Of a stretch of DNA of 64,000 bases, positions 57,951 through 64,000 are shown piece by piece. This DNA is from Escherichia coli 042 (GTDB lineage Bacteria > Pseudomonadota > Gammaproteobacteria > Enterobacterales > Enterobacteriaceae). The notes beneath the pieces are model-generated. The model was given only the letters and a program-made list of their open reading frames with translations, was not told where the DNA came from and made no database searches. The position numbers and the translations under genes were made by a program. The stretch lies in NCBI RefSeq assembly GCF_000027125.1, contig NC_017626.1, one strand, 5' to 3'. Every line of letters begins with the position of its first letter. Positions within the stretch are counted from its first letter, which is position 1.

Positions 57951-58615
57951 TTTGGTTCTCTCTCCTGGCGATTAAGTTGATTCTCAAAATGGTTCTGCAA
58001 CGTCGATAACACTGTCGCCATGATCCAGTAGATGAGCGAAGCCGCCAGATACATGGTGAACACCTCCAGCGTACGCGAGGTAATCAACTGCGCCTGACGG
58101 AAAAGCTCCGGCACCTGGATTGTCGCGGCCAGCGACGTATCTTTTACCAGGCTGATAAAGCTGTTCGACAGCGGCGGCAACGCCACCCGCGCCGCCTGTG
58201 GCAAAATCGCGCGACGCATGGTCTGCCACGGCGTCATACCAATACTGGCAGCAGCTTCCCACTGACCTTTATCAATAGAAGAAATGGCGGCGCGCAGCGT
58301 TTCGGCAGCATAGGCGGCAGTGTTTAGCGACAGACCAATCATTGCTGACGGAATGGGATCTAGTTCGATGCCAAACTGCGGCAAGCCGTAATAGATCATA
58401 AACAGTTGGGCGATGAGCGGCGTACCACGAAAAATAGAGATATAAAAACGCGCCAGCCAGCGCACGGGCCAGATTGGCGAAAGGCGCATCAGCGCGAGAA
58501 TAAACCCTAGCAGTAAGCCAAAAAACATGCCGCCGATACTGAGTTGCAGCGTATACCCAGCCCCTTTCAGCAGGAACGGCAAGGAATCAATAACCAGTTG
58601 TATACTTTCTTGCAT
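57947..58615 (-). CDS. tcyL: L-cystine ABC transporter permease (YecS)
   Basis: 222-aa membrane protein; 4-nt overlap with tcyN. Confidence 0.93.
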   Translation of the reverse strand: MQESIQLVIDSLPFLLKGAGYTLQLSIGGMFFGLLLGFILALMRLSPIWPVRWLARFYISIFRGTPLIAQLFMIYYGLPQFGIELDPIPSAMIGLSLNTAAYAAETLRAAISSIDKGQWEAAASIGMTPWQTMRRAILPQAARVALPPLSNSFISLVKDTSLAATIQVPELFRQAQLITSRTLEVFTMYLAASLIYWIMATVLSTLQNHFENQLNRQEREPK

Positions 58616-58629
58616 GAGCGTTTCCGGAG

Positions 58630-60521
<1,892 letters not shown>

Positions 60522-60608
60522 ATTCACCCCGAATGTTGTTATGTCTGTTTGCAGTGTAGAGCCATTGTTTGTAAACACAAAAACAACTCCGCTACATCTT
60601 ATTCTTAT

Positions 60609-61160
60609 TTAATATATATCAGAAGCAGGCAGGCTGGAGGATTTCTGCACAAGTCCGGTACACGTTTGACGCTGATAGTGTTGATACTTCCGTAACGCAA
60701 TGCGGTAATTGTTGGTGCTGGTGGTGGGCAGCCACGGGGCGAGGATTTCATCAAGGAAACCGTCCTGCAGCTGATCGAGGGAAATATTTTGCTCGTGTAG
60801 ATGATTACCCAAACGGCGCAGACGAACGACATATTCACGCACCGTACCTGGGCTCATTTCAGTTTGCTCAAAAAGAAATTGCTTAAAGCCGATAATATCG
60901 AAAAAATCACTTTGCGTTTTGCAATGTAAATCACCGCAGAATCGGCACAATGCCGCCCATGATTTTTGTTCCACTTGCCAGCCATTTTCATCAAGCAGCA
61001 TGTCCAGGCGGGAAATCTCGATTTTATTCACTATTTTGCCGTCGCGAACGAGGGTAATGCGGTCGAGTAATTTACGGCAATGCGCGCAATGAGTCTGGCT
61101 GTGTTTAAAGTCTTTAAGATAGCGGCTTAATGGCCGTCTTTTCAGGTGCTGCACCATCAT
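60609..61160 (-). CDS. fliZ: flagellar regulatory protein FliZ
   Basis: 183 aa from MMVQHLKRRPLSRYLKDFKHSQTHCAHC. Confidence 0.93.
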   Translation of the reverse strand: MMVQHLKRRPLSRYLKDFKHSQTHCAHCRKLLDRITLVRDGKIVNKIEISRLDMLLDENGWQVEQKSWAALCRFCGDLHCKTQSDFFDIIGFKQFLFEQTEMSPGTVREYVVRLRRLGNHLHEQNISLDQLQDGFLDEILAPWLPTTSTNNYRIALRKYQHYQRQTCTGLVQKSSSLPASDIY

Positions 61161-61205
61161 TAAGAACTCCTGGTAGTCAAAATTAAAGTGCGGCATTTAC
61201 TGACG

Positions 61206-61925
61206 TTATAACTTACCCAGTTTAGTGCGTAACCGTTTAATGGCCTGGCTGTGTAACTGACTGACCCGCGATTCCCCGACCTCCAGCACCGCGCCAATCT
61301 CTTTGAGATTCAGCTCTTCCTGGTAATAGAGGGTTAATACCAGTTTTTCGCGCTCCGGCAACGTTTCGATAGCTTCCATCACCCGCTGGCGCAGATTACT
61401 GTCCAGCAGCTGTTGTAGCGGGTTTTCTCGCTGATGATCATCAGTAACCAGTTCAATGCTATCGCCGTGCTCTTCGCGCCACTCATCGTAGGAGAAGAGC
61501 TGGCTGTTATTGGTGTCGAGCAACATTTGGCGATAATCGGCAATATCGATCCCTAAACGTTCCGCTACCTCAGTTTCCGTGGCGTTACGGCCAAGTTCCT
61601 GCTCCAGTTGCCCTATTGCCTGTGCCACTTCACGCGCGTTGCGTCGCACGCTGCGCGGCACCCAGTCACGGCTGCGAAGTTCATCCAGCATAGCGCCACG
61701 GATACGCTGCACTGCGTAAGTTGTAAATGCCGTTCCTTGTAGGGCGTCATAGCGTTCGACGGCATTAAGTAACCCAATGCCGCCCGCCTGTAGCAGATCG
61801 TCAAGTTCCACGCTCGCGGGCAGTCGAACCTGCAGGCGCAATGCTTCGTGACGCACCAGCGGGACATAACGCTGCCACAGCGAGTGTTTATCCATTACAC
61901 CTTCAGCGGTATAGAGTGAATTCAC
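61206..61925 (-). CDS. fliA: flagellar sigma factor sigma-28 (FliA)
   Basis: 239 aa; GTG start (VNSLYTAEGVMDKHSLWQRYVPLV). Confidence 0.96.
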   Translation of the reverse strand: MNSLYTAEGVMDKHSLWQRYVPLVRHEALRLQVRLPASVELDDLLQAGGIGLLNAVERYDALQGTAFTTYAVQRIRGAMLDELRSRDWVPRSVRRNAREVAQAIGQLEQELGRNATETEVAERLGIDIADYRQMLLDTNNSQLFSYDEWREEHGDSIELVTDDHQRENPLQQLLDSNLRQRVMEAIETLPEREKLVLTLYYQEELNLKEIGAVLEVGESRVSQLHSQAIKRLRTKLGKL

Positions 61926-61950
61926 GATAAACAGCCCTGCGTTATATGAG

Positions 61951-61958
61951 TTATCGGC
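61951..61958 (-). promoter_or_regulatory. sigma-28-type -10 element (GCCGATAA) upstream of fliA
   Basis: Exact GCCGATAA on the minus strand 26 bp upstream of the fliA start; the -35 element is less clear. Confidence 0.6.
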
Positions 61959-62043
61959 ATGATTATCCGTTTCTGCAGGGTTTTTAATCGGACGATTAGT
62001 GGGTGAAATGAGGGGTTATTTGGGGGTTACCAGTAAATTGCGG

Positions 62044-62070
62044 ACAGAAAAAACCCCGCCGGTGGCGGGG
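62044..62070 (-). terminator. rho-independent terminator downstream of fliC
   Basis: ccccgccggtggcgggg hairpin with an A run on the plus strand (T run on minus). Confidence 0.7.
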
Positions 62071-62101
62071 AAGTACGTTGCTGACAAATTACGCTTCATG
62101 T

Positions 62102-62200
62102 TGCCGGATGCGGCGTAAACGTCTTTTCCGGCCTACAAAAATTAGCAAATTCAATAAATTGTAATTCACCTTGTAGGCCTGATAAGCGCAGCGCATCAGG
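62102..62200. repeat. REP elements (BIME) in the fliC 3' flank
   Basis: tgccggatgcggcgtaaacg...ccggcctaca and tgtaggcctgataagcgcagcgcatcaggca. Confidence 0.6.
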
Positions 62201-62244
62201 CAATTTGGCGTTGCCGTCAGTCTCAGTTAATCAGGTTAGGACGA

Positions 62245-63909
62245 TTAACCCTGCAGCAGAGACAGAACCTGCTGCGGTACCTGGTTGGCTTTTGCCAGCA
62301 CGGAGTTACCGGCCTGCTGAATGATCTGCGCTTTCGACATGTTGGACACTTCGGTCGCATAGTCGGCGTCCTGAATACGGGACTGCGCTTCAGACAGGTT
62401 GGTAGTGGTGTTGTTCAGGTTGGTGACTGCGGAATCCAGACGGTTCTGGATAGCACCCAGGGAAGAACGGAATTTGTCGATAGACGCGATAGCGTCATCC
62501 AATGCTGCCAGCGGGTTGGTAGTAGCTTCAGATTCACTAGTTGTATTAGTCGTTAAGTTACCATTGGCACTTACATAGATAGCTTTACTGGTAGCCGCAT
62601 TTTCACCACTAGTAATAGTGCCATCAGCTTGAGCAAAATACTCGGCAGGAGTTTTGCTCACTTTTCCATCGACTAAATACGCTGATGCAGCAGTGCCATT
62701 ATTGACTGTATATGTCGCAGGTAAAGTTACACCAACAGTTGCAGTGTAAGTCTCATTTTTAACGGCGTTAGCAAACGTTGAAGCATCAACAGAAATATCT
62801 ACCCCATCAAACTTTGTCGTATTAGCAGTAAATGTACCTTTATCTGTTGTAATGACTGTTTTGGCATTAGCATTGTTTGCCATTAAGTCAGACAGTTTAG
62901 CTTGAGTATCAGTGCCTGCGTTAGTTTTACTTAAGTTACCAGTATCATCAAGATAGAGAGCGGCACCGTCATCAGCAGCAGTTAAAGAACCATCTTTAGC
63001 AATAATGACTTTTTGCTCTTGAGCTGTTGTACCGTTGCCAATACTTACTGTTGCAGCAGTGGTACCACCCGCTTCAGGATTCAGGAATGCCGCCAGTTGA
63101 GTCGCATCAACTGAAGCAGAAGCCGTATATGTGTTAGTATCTTTATGATAAGTATATTCCACTGGCGTACCAGGGGCAGCTGCACCAAAACCAACATCTG
63201 CCTCCGTGGAAACTTTACTGCCATCAACACCAGCTACCGCATTCAAAATATCCGTGCTACTTGCGACGGCTTTGTCAGCAATATATCTATTAACTCCAGC
63301 TGTAGTGACCCCCGTATTATCGAGTTTTAAACCAACCATATCTTTAAGTGTTGCAGCAGTATTGGCTGTTTCACCTTCGCCATTCACGTTAAAACCAGCC
63401 AGATTCAGCGTATCAGAGTCAATTTTCTTCAGATCAATCGTGATGGTTTCACCATCATTTGCGCCGACCTGAATTTTCATTGAACCATCTTTGGACAGCA
63501 CGTTCACGCCGTTGAACTGGGTCTGACCGGATACGCGGTCAATTTCGTCCAGACGAGATTTGATTTCGTCCTGGATGGAGTCCAGGTCAGAATCGGAGTT
63601 AGTCCCTGTAGTGGCCTGAACCGTCAGTTCACGAATACGCTGTAAGTTGTTGTTGATTTCGGACAGCGCGCCTTCAGTGGTCTGTGCAACAGAAATACCG
63701 TCATTGGCGTTACGTGCAGCCTGAGTCAGGCCTTTAATATTAGAAGTAAAACGGTTAGCAATCGCCTGACCTGCGGCGTCATCCTTCGCGCTGTTAATAC
63801 GCAAGCCAGAAGACAGACGCTCGATAGAACTCGACAGCGCAGACTGGTTCTTGTTGATATTATTTTGAGTGATCAGCGAGAGGCTGTTGGTATTAATGAC
63901 TTGTGCCAT
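62245..63909 (-). CDS. fliC: flagellin FliC (554 aa; non-K-12 H-antigen central domain)
   Basis: The conserved N-terminus ([54 protein letters not shown]) and C-terminus ([67 protein letters not shown]) flank a Thr/Ala/Asn-rich variable middle region. Confidence 0.95.
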   Translation of the reverse strand: MAQVINTNSLSLITQNNINKNQSALSSSIERLSSGLRINSAKDDAAGQAIANRFTSNIKGLTQAARNANDGISVAQTTEGALSEINNNLQRIRELTVQATTGTNSDSDLDSIQDEIKSRLDEIDRVSGQTQFNGVNVLSKDGSMKIQVGANDGETITIDLKKIDSDTLNLAGFNVNGEGETANTAATLKDMVGLKLDNTGVTTAGVNRYIADKAVASSTDILNAVAGVDGSKVSTEADVGFGAAAPGTPVEYTYHKDTNTYTASASVDATQLAAFLNPEAGGTTAATVSIGNGTTAQEQKVIIAKDGSLTAADDGAALYLDDTGNLSKTNAGTDTQAKLSDLMANNANAKTVITTDKGTFTANTTKFDGVDISVDASTFANAVKNETYTATVGVTLPATYTVNNGTAASAYLVDGKVSKTPAEYFAQADGTITSGENAATSKAIYVSANGNLTTNTTSESEATTNPLAALDDAIASIDKFRSSLGAIQNRLDSAVTNLNNTTTNLSEAQSRIQDADYATEVSNMSKAQIIQQAGNSVLAKANQVPQQVLSLLQG

Positions 63910-63984
63910 GATTCGTTATCCTATATTGCAAGTCGTTGATTACGTATTGGGTTTCCACCCGTCGGCTCAATCGCCGTCAACCCT

Positions 63985-63993
63985 GTTATCGTC
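63985..63993 (-). promoter_or_regulatory. probable sigma-28 -10 element of the fliC promoter (the -35 would lie beyond the window edge)
   Basis: The minus strand reads GACGATAAC (near-consensus GCCGATAA) about 75 bp upstream of the fliC start. Confidence 0.5.
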
Positions 63994-64000
63994 TGTCGTA

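Overview
This window reads as a contiguous, intact stretch of Escherichia coli core chromosome, collinear with the K-12 pykA to fliC region. I did not find a novel or undescribed system, and I would rather say so than invent one. Gene order is pykA(3' part)-lpxM-mepM-znuACB-ruvBA-yebB-ruvC-yebC-nudB-aspS-yecDEN-cmoAB-torZY-cutC-yecM-argS-flhEAB-cheZYBR-tap-tar-cheWA-motBA-flhCD-uspC-otsAB-araHGF-ftnB-yecJ-azuC-yecR-ftnA-yecH-tyrP-yecA-(tRNA leuZ-cysT-glyW)-pgsA-uvrCY-yecF-sdiA-tcyNL-dcyD-tcyJ-fliZ-fliA-fliC. Assignments rest on my recognition of the translated ORFs and on product lengths matching the known proteins; none of it was confirmed by a database search. All genes look full length with no frameshifts, and I see no IS element, prophage, integron, CRISPR array or foreign island. 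The points worth a second look are strain-level: yecT is absent between argS and flhE, fliC encodes a 554-aa flagellin with a non-K-12 central domain, the flhDC control region carries no IS insertion, and the 28-codon azuC gene is missing from the ORF track. Regulatory sites I could read directly include a Zur box, a LexA box, sigma-28 promoter elements, several rho-independent terminators and REP/BIME repeats. Many ORF-track entries are N-terminally over-extended or are antisense artefacts.
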